Notes: generated by a model not told the origin, from the sequence alone. A stretch of 64,000 nt of DNA from Patescibacteria group bacterium (GCA_038057125.1 JBBUDU010000001.1:997-64996); one strand, 5' to 3'; positions 55,192 to 63,600 are shown, counted from the first letter of the stretch. Numbers and translations are program-made.

Positions 55192-56286
55192 ATGAACGAA
55201 AATACAAAAATGAATATGAAGAAAGTGTTAAATTATGCGAAAAACATAGTTTTATCTTTGGTCGTGCTTTTTGCGGGACTGGTTCTTATCCCAATTATTG
55301 TCTTAGCTATATTTTTGAAAATAGCAGATCCAGTGTCCTGGAGCGCGATTGCAATGCTCGCTCCCGTGACAATAGATAATTGGTTTGTTAATCTTGTTAT
55401 CTCATTTTCTACTATTTTGCCGTCAGTTGTCTTTATTATTTGGATTGTTAGGGACAGTAGAAAATTTAAATCGAAAGGTGTAAATACAGATCCGTTCCTA
55501 TGGGGAGTAGGTATGGTTTTCCCATTAATTCTCGTTGCATTTCCGTTCTATTTTATTCGTCGGAATATCACCTGGCTAAAAGAAAAGAAGGAAATGATTT
55601 CTGCAAGTGGAGATAGGGGGGGATTACGTGGTTGGTACAATATGACTAATTCTATAACTGAAAATACGAAAATAAAAATAAATAAAGGATTGAATGTGTT
55701 GAAGTGGGCGGCGGTTATTCTTGTTGGGGCGTATGGATTGCTGTTTCTTTTTAGAATTCCATTTTTTATTCAAAATAAAAGCACAACGGAACAGGTGGCG
55801 AAAATCCATGCGACGAAACTCACGATGGACGATGTGATGGGGAAGTATCTACCAGCAGACCCAGGTGCCAATGCTGACAAAACGATTGCAGGTATCGATG
55901 CAAATACAAACGGCATCCGTGACGATGTGGAGCTCGCGATTTTTAAGGAATACCCAAACTCTGCAAAGACAAGAGCGGTGCTTTTGCAGTATGCGTTGGT
56001 GTTACAGATGGTGGTGACGCAACCGTTTGAGAACGAAAAAAATGTGACCGAGGTTGTGAGGGAGGAGGACAGAGCTAATTCCTGCCTTATCAAGAGCTTA
56101 GATCACATAAAAGATTACAAAACATATATAAAAGAAGTAGATAAATTGAATGCTTTTGTTGAAGAAAGACAATGGGATACCGCTACCAGAAAAAACAAAA
56201 AAAATACCTTCTTTGAAAAGCTGAGAAGTTTTGGGCCTCTTGATGAAGAAAAATGTGATATTGATTTATCAAAACTTCCAAATTAA
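55192..56286 (+). CDS. Paralogous membrane protein (same N-terminal module, different C-terminal domain)
   Basis: The motif RDSRKFKSKGVNTDPFLWGVGMVFPLILVAFPFYFIRRNITW aligns with the preceding gene. Confidence 0.55.
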   Translation: MNENTKMNMKKVLNYAKNIVLSLVVLFAGLVLIPIIVLAIFLKIADPVSWSAIAMLAPVTIDNWFVNLVISFSTILPSVVFIIWIVRDSRKFKSKGVNTDPFLWGVGMVFPLILVAFPFYFIRRNITWLKEKKEMISASGDRGGLRGWYNMTNSITENTKIKINKGLNVLKWAAVILVGAYGLLFLFRIPFFIQNKSTTEQVAKIHATKLTMDDVMGKYLPADPGANADKTIAGIDANTNGIRDDVELAIFKEYPNSAKTRAVLLQYALVLQMVVTQPFENEKNVTEVVREEDRANSCLIKSLDHIKDYKTYIKEVDKLNAFVEERQWDTATRKNKKNTFFEKLRSFGPLDEEKCDIDLSKLPN

Positions 56287-56288
56287 AT

Positions 56289-59200
56289 ATGCCTAAGTAC
56301 TGCTCAAAAATATGTAAAACAATCATTGTGGTATTTTTATTGCCACTAATTTCGTTTGCTCAGACGAATAACGTAACCTGTTTAAAGAGTGGATACACAA
56401 TTGAAGCAATTAATGGAATTTTTACAAAAGAAGGTAGTCCCGATGGTAATGACGGTGCCAAAGCAAACATGAAAGCTTTAAAAGAACATCTACGACTTTC
56501 TGTCTATGATGGTGAGCCTGTCACCATTGACTACCTATACAACCCAACCCGCGGATTTTTTGGTGTAATCGACCTCACTGACACCGCCATCCAAAAAACT
56601 TTCGAAGGGGTTGATATGGGGGACCCTGATTTCCTTAAGATTCTCAACGACGCAAGCGCACAGGTTAAAACTCAAAAACTCCTTGTTGTTGCCCACTCAC
56701 AGGGCAATTTCTATGCCAACAATTTTTATGAAACAGTAACTAAAAGCGGTGATGTCTCAGCTAATTCAATAGGTGTATACAGTGTTGCAACCCCTGCTAG
56801 CTATGTGGCCGGAGGAGGAAAGTATCGTACTTCAAACACTGATACTGTTATTAATCGCGCGAGAAAGGCCCTTCCTGGAACATTTTTGCCAGCACACGAC
56901 AGTATAAACTACAAAGAATCAGACGATTCTGGTAGAGGACATGGATTTCGTGAAATATATTTAGAATATCGTGGTGAAGAAATTAAAAAAGAAATAGAAG
57001 AATCTTTGAGTAAATTAACTATTGATCCGTCTCGCACTGAAAACACACACTGCATCAATCCACCAATGGCACTTTCCACTTTTAAAAAAGTAGCCAATGC
57101 TATTGTTTATCCGGTTGGCGCTACTATATCTGTTGGCGCAGTTGCTCTTACTGCAAGAAAAAATGCAATCATTGATTCTGCAATATTGGCAATTAAAAAA
57201 GGAGCACCTGTCGTAATAGGAACCTATACAGTTTCGGTGGATATTGCGAGATGGACATATAATACCTCTCTTGCTGTGGCCGTGTGGACATACAACACAG
57301 GCGTGACAGCCGCAAAGACTGTCGGGCAAGTTACTTACACGGTTTCCTCTGCCGTGTATTCTGCTCTTACTTCTGCTTTCACTAGCCCCACGTTTGTGGA
57401 CAGCAATACAGCTGGGCCGATTTTTGCGACGCAACCCAAACCACAGCTCCAACCACAAAACACACAGACTAAGCCAACTGTAAACGCAATTGTTATCGAT
57501 AAAAAAACACCATCAACATTGACATTACAATTGCCGGACAGCAATCCACAGCCGCAGCCTCAAACAGTTTTTGTATTTGAGCCGAAGGTGCGGGCGGGAA
57601 CAAATGAGCCAACGCTTGTATTTGTTGGGTCGTTTGGAGGCGGGCCTGTTCAGCAGGTGATGGGAACACAAGCGACGGTTTCTGGTGCGGATGAGGTTGT
57701 TACGACAGTGGAAACGATTGGGAATGCGGGCGCGGCCATGGCCGCGCCCGTATTATCCGCACCTCAGTGCGCGCAAACTCTCGCGACCGACGGCTGTCTT
57801 CTCGCCACCACGACTGTACGTTTTGACTGGGTAGCCATAGGCGCGGACCATTATTTAATTAATAAAAACGGTGAATTTTCCACCACAACTGACACCACGT
57901 TCTCTCCTACGATAAAAGATTTTTCAGATTACACACTTGAGGTTGTTGCCATTGATTCAGTCGGCAACGCAAGCGCTACAAGCACGCAAAAAGTTTCGGT
58001 AGCAAGCATCCCCATCGCTATCAACGAAATCGCGTGGATGGGGACTGTGGCATCCACAACGAGGGAGTGGTTTGAGCTAAAAAATAATACCACGCACACA
58101 ATAGACCTTTCGCAGTGGGAGTTAAGAGCAAAAGAAGGAGCACCACATATAAAGTTTACTAAGACGATTGCTCCGCATGCGTATCTTATCTTTGAACGCA
58201 TCGACAATACCACTGTCAGTGATATCGAAGCTCATCAAACATATAAAGGTTCACTTGAAAACTCGGGTAAACAACTAAATCTTTCGTATGCATCTACGAC
58301 TTTCGACCAAACTCCTACAGGCAAATGGGCTGGTGGTTACAACAGTACTACATCAAGACAAACAATGGAACGCTATTCCTCGCGAGAGTCTGGCACCGAC
58401 CCTGAAAACTGGGGCACAAATCTCGGCTATATTAAAAATGGCATTGATGCGAATGGGAAAGAAATCGAAGGCACCCCAGGCGCGCAAAATTCCGTAAGCA
58501 CACTCATCAACAAAGGGCAGGACATTACGAGCGACTTCACACTCACGGCGGACGAGGAGCGGTATGTGGTCCCGAATCAATTATGGGTTGATGCTTCAAG
58601 CACGCTTACAATCGAGCCGGGTGTTGTGATCCAATTTTATAGCGGAGGAGTGTGGGTTAATGGAGAAATTGACGCGCGCGGAACTGCAGAAAACCCAATC
58701 ATTTTCAACTCTTTTTCTAAAAAACGGGCGGGTGATTTTTGGATTGACAATGCCACGGGTACAAGCACATTTGAACACGCACGTTTTGAAAACATGAATA
58801 CTGTTTTTACTGTTGATGGAGGGGTCCTTGAAATTCGCAATTCGGAATTTGTGAACACCGAAGGTGGAGTAGGCGTGTCTGGCGCGAGCTCAACTGTTTT
58901 GATTGAGAATACCAATTTTGCGAGCTCCACTAGCGACACTATTGGTGTGTACAATGGTGGCATTGTGCGCATCGCATCTTCGACAATTACAAACCAACTT
59001 GATGGAGATGCAATCGGGGTTTATGGCGCAGCACTTTTAATGGCTTCGACGACAATTGACGGTGTGCACGACGGCAACGGCATAGGCGCTTACGATTCTT
59101 TCGTTTCGGTTGCATCCTCGACAATACGAAATACAGAAGGCGATGCGATTGGATCTTATTACAGCACGATGACTATTGCGTCAACGACGATTGATGGCGT

Positions 59201-59783
59201 GTCTGATGGCAGTGGCGTTGCTGTGTATGGCGGTACACTTTCAATCGCAAGTTCAACTATTCGGAATGTTTCAGGTGGTGGGATATCGCTCTACTCTGCA
59301 ACATCAACGATTTCTAATGTTACTGTTGAAAATACTGGATATGTTGGTATTGAAGTGGGTGGTGGAACTACAACGATCACAGGTACAACTGTTTCTGGTG
59401 TAGATGGATGGGCGGGCATCTATGTTGATGAAGGAGCACTATCAATCTCTAGTTCAACAATAAAAAATGTAGCGGATTATGGGATATATGTCGATAAGGC
59501 GACGTCGACTATTTCAAACGTGGTGGTAGAAAATGGCGGCGGTACCGGCATCGATATTTATCAAGGAAATGCGACTGTCACAGATACGACAGTGTCGGGG
59601 TTTGTAGACAGTGGTATTTCGGTGGACTCTCCGTCTGAGCCAGTTGTCATAATGGGAGGAGAAATTTCAGGAAACGCCATTGGTGTGGAGATGGATCATG
59701 CAGATTCTGTAATAATTACTGATGAATCATCGGTGCATGACAACATTATTGACATAGTTACTTTGCCTGAACCAACAGCCTAA
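56289..59783 (+). CDS. 1164-aa secreted multidomain protein: lipase-like alpha/beta hydrolase, lamin-tail domain, right-handed beta-helix
   Basis: Signal-like N-terminus. Nucleophile elbow VVAHSQGN. P/Q-rich linker. LTD pattern IAINEIAWMGT...REWFELKNNT...IDLSQWEL...ENSGKQLNL. More than 10 PbH1-like repeats (ASSTIxNxxGxGIxVY). Confidence 0.6.
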   Translation: MPKYCSKICKTIIVVFLLPLISFAQTNNVTCLKSGYTIEAINGIFTKEGSPDGNDGAKANMKALKEHLRLSVYDGEPVTIDYLYNPTRGFFGVIDLTDTAIQKTFEGVDMGDPDFLKILNDASAQVKTQKLLVVAHSQGNFYANNFYETVTKSGDVSANSIGVYSVATPASYVAGGGKYRTSNTDTVINRARKALPGTFLPAHDSINYKESDDSGRGHGFREIYLEYRGEEIKKEIEESLSKLTIDPSRTENTHCINPPMALSTFKKVANAIVYPVGATISVGAVALTARKNAIIDSAILAIKKGAPVVIGTYTVSVDIARWTYNTSLAVAVWTYNTGVTAAKTVGQVTYTVSSAVYSALTSAFTSPTFVDSNTAGPIFATQPKPQLQPQNTQTKPTVNAIVIDKKTPSTLTLQLPDSNPQPQPQTVFVFEPKVRAGTNEPTLVFVGSFGGGPVQQVMGTQATVSGADEVVTTVETIGNAGAAMAAPVLSAPQCAQTLATDGCLLATTTVRFDWVAIGADHYLINKNGEFSTTTDTTFSPTIKDFSDYTLEVVAIDSVGNASATSTQKVSVASIPIAINEIAWMGTVASTTREWFELKNNTTHTIDLSQWELRAKEGAPHIKFTKTIAPHAYLIFERIDNTTVSDIEAHQTYKGSLENSGKQLNLSYASTTFDQTPTGKWAGGYNSTTSRQTMERYSSRESGTDPENWGTNLGYIKNGIDANGKEIEGTPGAQNSVSTLINKGQDITSDFTLTADEERYVVPNQLWVDASSTLTIEPGVVIQFYSGGVWVNGEIDARGTAENPIIFNSFSKKRAGDFWIDNATGTSTFEHARFENMNTVFTVDGGVLEIRNSEFVNTEGGVGVSGASSTVLIENTNFASSTSDTIGVYNGGIVRIASSTITNQLDGDAIGVYGAALLMASTTIDGVHDGNGIGAYDSFVSVASSTIRNTEGDAIGSYYSTMTIASTTIDGVSDGSGVAVYGGTLSIASSTIRNVSGGGISLYSATSTISNVTVENTGYVGIEVGGGTTTITGTTVSGVDGWAGIYVDEGALSISSSTIKNVADYGIYVDKATSTISNVVVENGGGTGIDIYQGNATVTDTTVSGFVDSGISVDSPSEPVVIMGGEISGNAIGVEMDHADSVIITDESSVHDNIIDIVTLPEPTA

Positions 59784-59784
59784 T

Positions 59785-59866
59785 AACTTTCTGCCAAGCC
59801 CCGCCATCGAATCAGCTGATTCGTGTCTCGGACATGAAATATTTAGGTGGGGCTTGGCAGAAAGTT
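59785..59866. repeat. Nested hairpin overlapping the end of the 56289 gene
   Basis: Perfect 18-bp arms AACTTTCTGCCAAGCCCC / GGGGCTTGGCAGAAAGTT enclose the 16-bp palindrome CGAATCAGCTGATTCG. No T-tract follows. Confidence 0.8.
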
Positions 59867-59950
59867 GCCAACAGTAAAATTAGTTGTTTTGTATGTGCGT
59901 TGGTATAATTAATTATTAAACAATATATGTATACAGGTCTTTAAAATCAT

Positions 59951-60445
59951 ATGGAAAAAATCATTACTAAAAAAATATTATTAATAATTGTTGTAATTGT
60001 TGTGATTGGGTGGTTTGCAATGTCATCTTTTAATACTCCTGCTGATACTATTAGCACGGAAACTGTGTCAGAAACAGCAACATCAACCAATACAGTAACA
60101 AAGGTCACAACGCCTGTGAAAAAGACCGTGGCACCAGTCGCTAGTCAGCCTGTGTCAATGAGCTATCAGAAGGCACTAGAGATTTACAAAGACAACAAGC
60201 GCATACAGATTAGTGGTGCGGATTTTTGCCAAGCGTCTCCCAATAATGTGATGTATAAAAATGGTACGAGCATTATGATTGACAATCGCTCTTCCCAAAC
60301 TCGTACTATAAAAATTGATGGTACTTATACAATAGAAGGGTATGGTTTTAGGATAGTTAAGCTTTCAAGCGCAACCTTGCCTGCTACGTTCCTTATGGAT
60401 TGCAATAAACAGCAAAACATAGCGAAGATTCTCCTCCAGAAATAA
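59951..60445 (+). CDS. Membrane-anchored/secreted hypothetical protein
   Basis: 164 aa. Anchor ILLIIVVIVVIGWFAM and a Thr-rich linker. Confidence 0.5.
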   Translation: MEKIITKKILLIIVVIVVIGWFAMSSFNTPADTISTETVSETATSTNTVTKVTTPVKKTVAPVASQPVSMSYQKALEIYKDNKRIQISGADFCQASPNNVMYKNGTSIMIDNRSSQTRTIKIDGTYTIEGYGFRIVKLSSATLPATFLMDCNKQQNIAKILLQK

Positions 60446-60455
60446 CTCTTTAAAT

Positions 60456-60491
60456 AAAGGACCGCCCTTTATTTGAAAAGGGCGGTCCTTT
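60456..60491 (+). terminator. Intrinsic terminator
   Basis: AAAGGACCGCCCTTT-ATTTGAA-AAGGGCGGTCCTTT. Confidence 0.75.
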
Positions 60492-60533
60492 ACCGTACAT
60501 TTGAACACTAATAACTCATGGTATAATTAAAAC

Positions 60534-60677
60534 ATGAAGGAAATAGCCAAAACCATCGCAGGGTTTGCAGTGATTTTGCTCGTGGGGCTTGCCGGTGTGA
60601 CTATTTCAAATGTTATGAAACTTGGGGACATGAACGCAACCATTACGACGGTTGACAACATCACCAACACACGCTAA
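60534..60677 (+). CDS. Possible 47-aa single-TM micro-protein (leaderless)
   Basis: TTGAAC-15 nt-TGGTATAAT ends 6 nt before ATG 60534. Encodes MKEIAKTIAGFAVILLVGLAGVTISNVMKLGDMNATITTVDNITNTR. Below the ORF-track size cut-off. Confidence 0.35.
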   Translation: MKEIAKTIAGFAVILLVGLAGVTISNVMKLGDMNATITTVDNITNTR

Positions 60678-60689
60678 TATAACCCCGAA

Positions 60690-60809
60690 GCCCGAAGAAG
60701 TAGGCAGTTCCAGAGAAATGGAGCAATAAGCCCTGCGGAGGTCGACTCATATCCTGAAAAGGATTGGCTTTTGGCCCGAACGCTTTGCGTTCGGGCCACT
60801 CAAAATATC
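60690..60809 (+). promoter_or_regulatory. Candidate L10 (rplJ) autoregulatory leader
   Basis: Structured untranslated stretch just upstream of rplJ. Hairpins ATCC-TGAAAA-GGAT (60751-60764) and GGCCCGAACGC-TTT-GCGTTCGGGCC (60773-60797). Confidence 0.3.
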
Positions 60810-61316
60810 ATGGCAATTACAAAACAAAAGAAAACAGAACTTATTGCGTCAATGAAAGAACGCCTTCTAGGCGCAAAGTCAATCGTATTCGTAAACTTCA
60901 AAGCACTCTCGGTCGCTGAAACAAAAATTCTTCGCAGGAAGCTTTTAGCGGATCATATTGGGTATTTTGTGTCAAAAAAGACTTTGGCAAAGCGTGTTCT
61001 CGGTGACCTCAAAGCAAAAGGCAATATGCCAGAGCTTCCAGGCGAGCTTGCAATGGCATACGGAGACGATCTCCTTGCTCCTGCGCGCGAGACTTACGCC
61101 TTCCAAAAGACTCCTCGCAACAAGGGTTCGATTTCAATCGTCGGTGGTATCTTTGACGGAGAATACAAAACACAGGACGAAATGATGGCAATTGCTACAA
61201 TTCCACCACTTCAGGTACTCCGTGGAATGTTTGTAAACCTCATCAATTCACCAATTCAGCGTTTGGTTGTTGTGACCGAGGAAATTCGCAAGAGTAAGGA
61301 AGCAAGGCCGAATTAG
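60810..61316 (+). CDS. rplJ: 50S ribosomal protein L10
   Basis: MAITKQKKTELIASMKERLLGAKSIVFVNFKALSVAE. Start trimmed to ATG 60810. Confidence 0.9.
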   Translation: MAITKQKKTELIASMKERLLGAKSIVFVNFKALSVAETKILRRKLLADHIGYFVSKKTLAKRVLGDLKAKGNMPELPGELAMAYGDDLLAPARETYAFQKTPRNKGSISIVGGIFDGEYKTQDEMMAIATIPPLQVLRGMFVNLINSPIQRLVVVTEEIRKSKEARPN

Positions 61317-61397
61317 CAAATTCTGAACCAACAGGTTCACGTCATGGACGAAGACTCTTGGACGAAAACAAAACTTTAACAATTAACAATAAATATT

Positions 61398-61793
61398 ATG
61401 ACAGAAGAAAAAAAAGACGTAGTAATTCCAGCAAAGTTCAAAGACCTTGTTGAGAAAATCGAGACAATGTCGGTTCTCGATCTTCACGAGCTCGTAAAGG
61501 TGCTCGAAGAGAAGTTTGGCGTGTCTGCAGCGGCAGTCGCAGCAGCTCCAGTAGCAGGCGCAGGCGTAGTGGCAGAAGAAAAGGACTCGTTTAATGTAGA
61601 ACTTACAGCATCAGGTGAGACGAAAATCGCCGTTATTAAGGTGGTAAAGGAGGTCCTCGCCCTTGGTTTGAAAGAAGCAAAGGATCTCGTAGATGCAGCT
61701 CCTTCAATGCTTAAAGAGGGAATGAAGAAGGCAGAAGCAGATGAATTCAAGAAGAAGCTTGAAGCAGCAGGTGCTAAAGTTACTTTGAAGTAA
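61398..61793 (+). CDS. rplL: 50S ribosomal protein L7/L12
   Basis: Ala-rich hinge [14 protein letters not shown]-terminal domain [24 protein letters not shown]...[12 protein letters not shown]. Confidence 0.95.
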   Translation: MTEEKKDVVIPAKFKDLVEKIETMSVLDLHELVKVLEEKFGVSAAAVAAAPVAGAGVVAEEKDSFNVELTASGETKIAVIKVVKEVLALGLKEAKDLVDAAPSMLKEGMKKAEADEFKKKLEAAGAKVTLK

Positions 61794-61949
61794 CTTTAGC
61801 GACTGCTGGGGAGGGGGTCGGGGAACGGTAGTTCCCCGTGGAGGAGAGCAGTGAGCTCACCAGAGCGAGCGTTGAGAACCGTGGGTTCTCAAGGAGGCGT
61901 TTCGCCGACGGTTGGTGCGAAGGTTACTCTTAAGTAACTTTAGCGACTG
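61770..61949 (+). repeat. 36-bp direct repeat of the rplL 3' end flanking a GC-rich structured segment
   Basis: 61770-61805 and 61914-61949 match at 32 of 36 positions, offset exactly 144 nt. Both encode GAKVTLK-stop. Confidence 0.9.
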
Positions 61950-61955
61950 TTTTGA

Positions 61956-61992
61956 AAAAGTGGGGGTTGCCGACGGCAACCCCCACTTTTTC
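61956..61992 (+). terminator. Intrinsic terminator after the second rplL-end copy
   Basis: AAAAAGTGGGGGTTGCC-GAC-GGCAACCCCCACTTTTT. Confidence 0.85.
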
Positions 61993-62024
61993 TTTTGTAC
62001 ATATAAAATGCTATAATTCTCGCC

Positions 62025-62645
62025 ATGGATACTCTAGGAAAATTATTTGGAAGTCAGGCGCGGGTGAAGATTTTGCGCTTGTTTATCTTGAACCCTCTCG
62101 AAGTATACGATGTGGCGATGGTCGCAGAAAAGAGCAAAGTGTCCGTTTCAGAGACAAGGCGCGAGCTGACACTCATTAAATCTTCCGGAATTTTAGTTAA
62201 TAAATCATTTTTCAAAGAAATAATATCAAAGCGGAGTAAGAATAGTAAACCCAAAAAGAAGCGTGTAGTGGGCTTTCAGCTTAAGACAACATTTCCGCTA
62301 CTTTCTGCCATTAAAAACCTTGTTGTTTTAGGGACGCCGTTGAACCGTGATGAAATCGCCCGTCGTTTAAAAAATGTTGGAAAGATTAAATTTCTAGCTA
62401 TTTCTGGCATCTTTATTGATGAACCCGAGGCTCGCGTAGACGTGCTTATTGTGGGAGATGGGCTTAAAAAGCGCTCTATCGAGAATGTTTTACGCACTAT
62501 CGAGGCCGAAATAGGAAAAGAGCTTTCATATGGAGCATTAGAAACCCCGGAGTTTCTTTATCGCGTGAGTGTGTACGACAAATTTGTCCGTGATGTTCTC
62601 GATTTCCGCCACGACCGAATTATCGATAAACTTGGGGTCGAATAG
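62025..62645 (+). CDS. Hypothetical protein with an N-terminal ArsR-like wHTH
   Basis: LFGSQARVKILRLFILNPLEVYDVAMVAEKSKVSVSETRRELTLIKSSGIL. 206 aa. Confidence 0.5.
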   Translation: MDTLGKLFGSQARVKILRLFILNPLEVYDVAMVAEKSKVSVSETRRELTLIKSSGILVNKSFFKEIISKRSKNSKPKKKRVVGFQLKTTFPLLSAIKNLVVLGTPLNRDEIARRLKNVGKIKFLAISGIFIDEPEARVDVLIVGDGLKKRSIENVLRTIEAEIGKELSYGALETPEFLYRVSVYDKFVRDVLDFRHDRIIDKLGVE

Positions 62646-62658
62646 TTTTATTGGTGAA

Positions 62659-62705
62659 AGTTATCCACAGGGTGCTTGCGGGGCGCCCCCTCTTAACGGT
62701 ATAAT
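62659..62705 (+). promoter_or_regulatory. Promoter with an upstream AGTTATCCACAG box
   Basis: TTATCCACA at 62661-62669. -35 TTGCGG at 62676-62681, 18-nt spacer, TATAAT at 62700-62705. Confidence 0.55.
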
Positions 62706-62863
62706 GGTTGCAGGAATCAAATCCTCGCGTTCGCGCTTCGTACTCTACATTGAGTGGCGGGTCGAGGACGGAGCGCGACGGAATTGGTTGCACGAATATT
62801 ATTAGTTTTAGTTTTTAACATAATGTTTACACGCAGGGGAACCTGTGTTTAGCAAAAAAAGAT

Positions 62864-63556
62864 ATGCCTATTATTTCAGACTGGGGGGTACAGCTTAGCG
62901 ATGCATTCACTGGTATTGGCGTACAAGTGTTGCAGTTTCTTCCAAAACTCCTCCTCGCCATCATTATTTTTATCGCAGGATGGGTTGTTGGTTCAGTTCT
63001 TGCCGAGGTTGTATCAAAGATTGTGAAAGCAGTCAAGATTGATTCAATTCTAGAGAGCGCCGGAGCAAAGGGCCTCCTCGAAAAGGCAGGATTCAACCTT
63101 AACACAGGCGCGTTCCTTGGCGGTTTGGTTAAGTGGTTTATTATTATCGTATTCCTCGTTACTGCGTTTGATATTCTCAAGCTCGAAGCAGTAAACGCAT
63201 TTTTGTCTAATGTTATTCTCGGATATATTCCACAAGTTATTGTTGCAACATTAATTTTGGTTGTTGCTGCAGTTCTTGCTGATCTTACACAAAAGATTAT
63301 GACTGGAGGCGCACGCGCTCTTGAGTCAAAGCACTCAGGATTGGTTGGCGGTGTAGCTCGTTGGTCAATCTGGATTGTTGCAATTCTTGCGGCATTGAAT
63401 CAGCTCGGTATCGCAGGTGGAATGATGCAGACTCTTTTCACTGGTCTTGTTGCTATGCTCGCTCTTGCAGGCGGTCTTGCATTCGGTCTTGGTGGCAAAG
63501 AAGCAGCAGCGCGTTTTATTGAGAAACTCCGTGGCGACATCTCGAATCGCAGCTAG
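62864..63556 (+). CDS. Membrane protein with repeated TM-helix motifs (MscS-N-terminal-like)
   Basis: Repeated helices of the type LPKLLLAIIIFIAGWVVGSVLAEVVSKIV. 230 aa. Confidence 0.55.
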   Translation: MPIISDWGVQLSDAFTGIGVQVLQFLPKLLLAIIIFIAGWVVGSVLAEVVSKIVKAVKIDSILESAGAKGLLEKAGFNLNTGAFLGGLVKWFIIIVFLVTAFDILKLEAVNAFLSNVILGYIPQVIVATLILVVAAVLADLTQKIMTGGARALESKHSGLVGGVARWSIWIVAILAALNQLGIAGGMMQTLFTGLVAMLALAGGLAFGLGGKEAAARFIEKLRGDISNRS

Positions 63557-63600
63557 TTTTAGGGTAGAATTCGGAATCTGGAAGTAGAAATTTAGAAGAG

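Noticed and set aside
49115-62669. TTATCCACA DnaA boxes as a replication origin
   Set aside because: The boxes occur singly at loci tens of kb apart, each in a promoter-like position. No cluster of boxes, AT-rich unwinding element or dnaA/dnaN gene is present in the window.
62707-62745. tRNA-like T-arm (AGGAATCAAATCCT)
   Set aside because: No acceptor stem, D-arm or anticodon arm can be drawn around it. It fits better as one helix of the 62864 leader.
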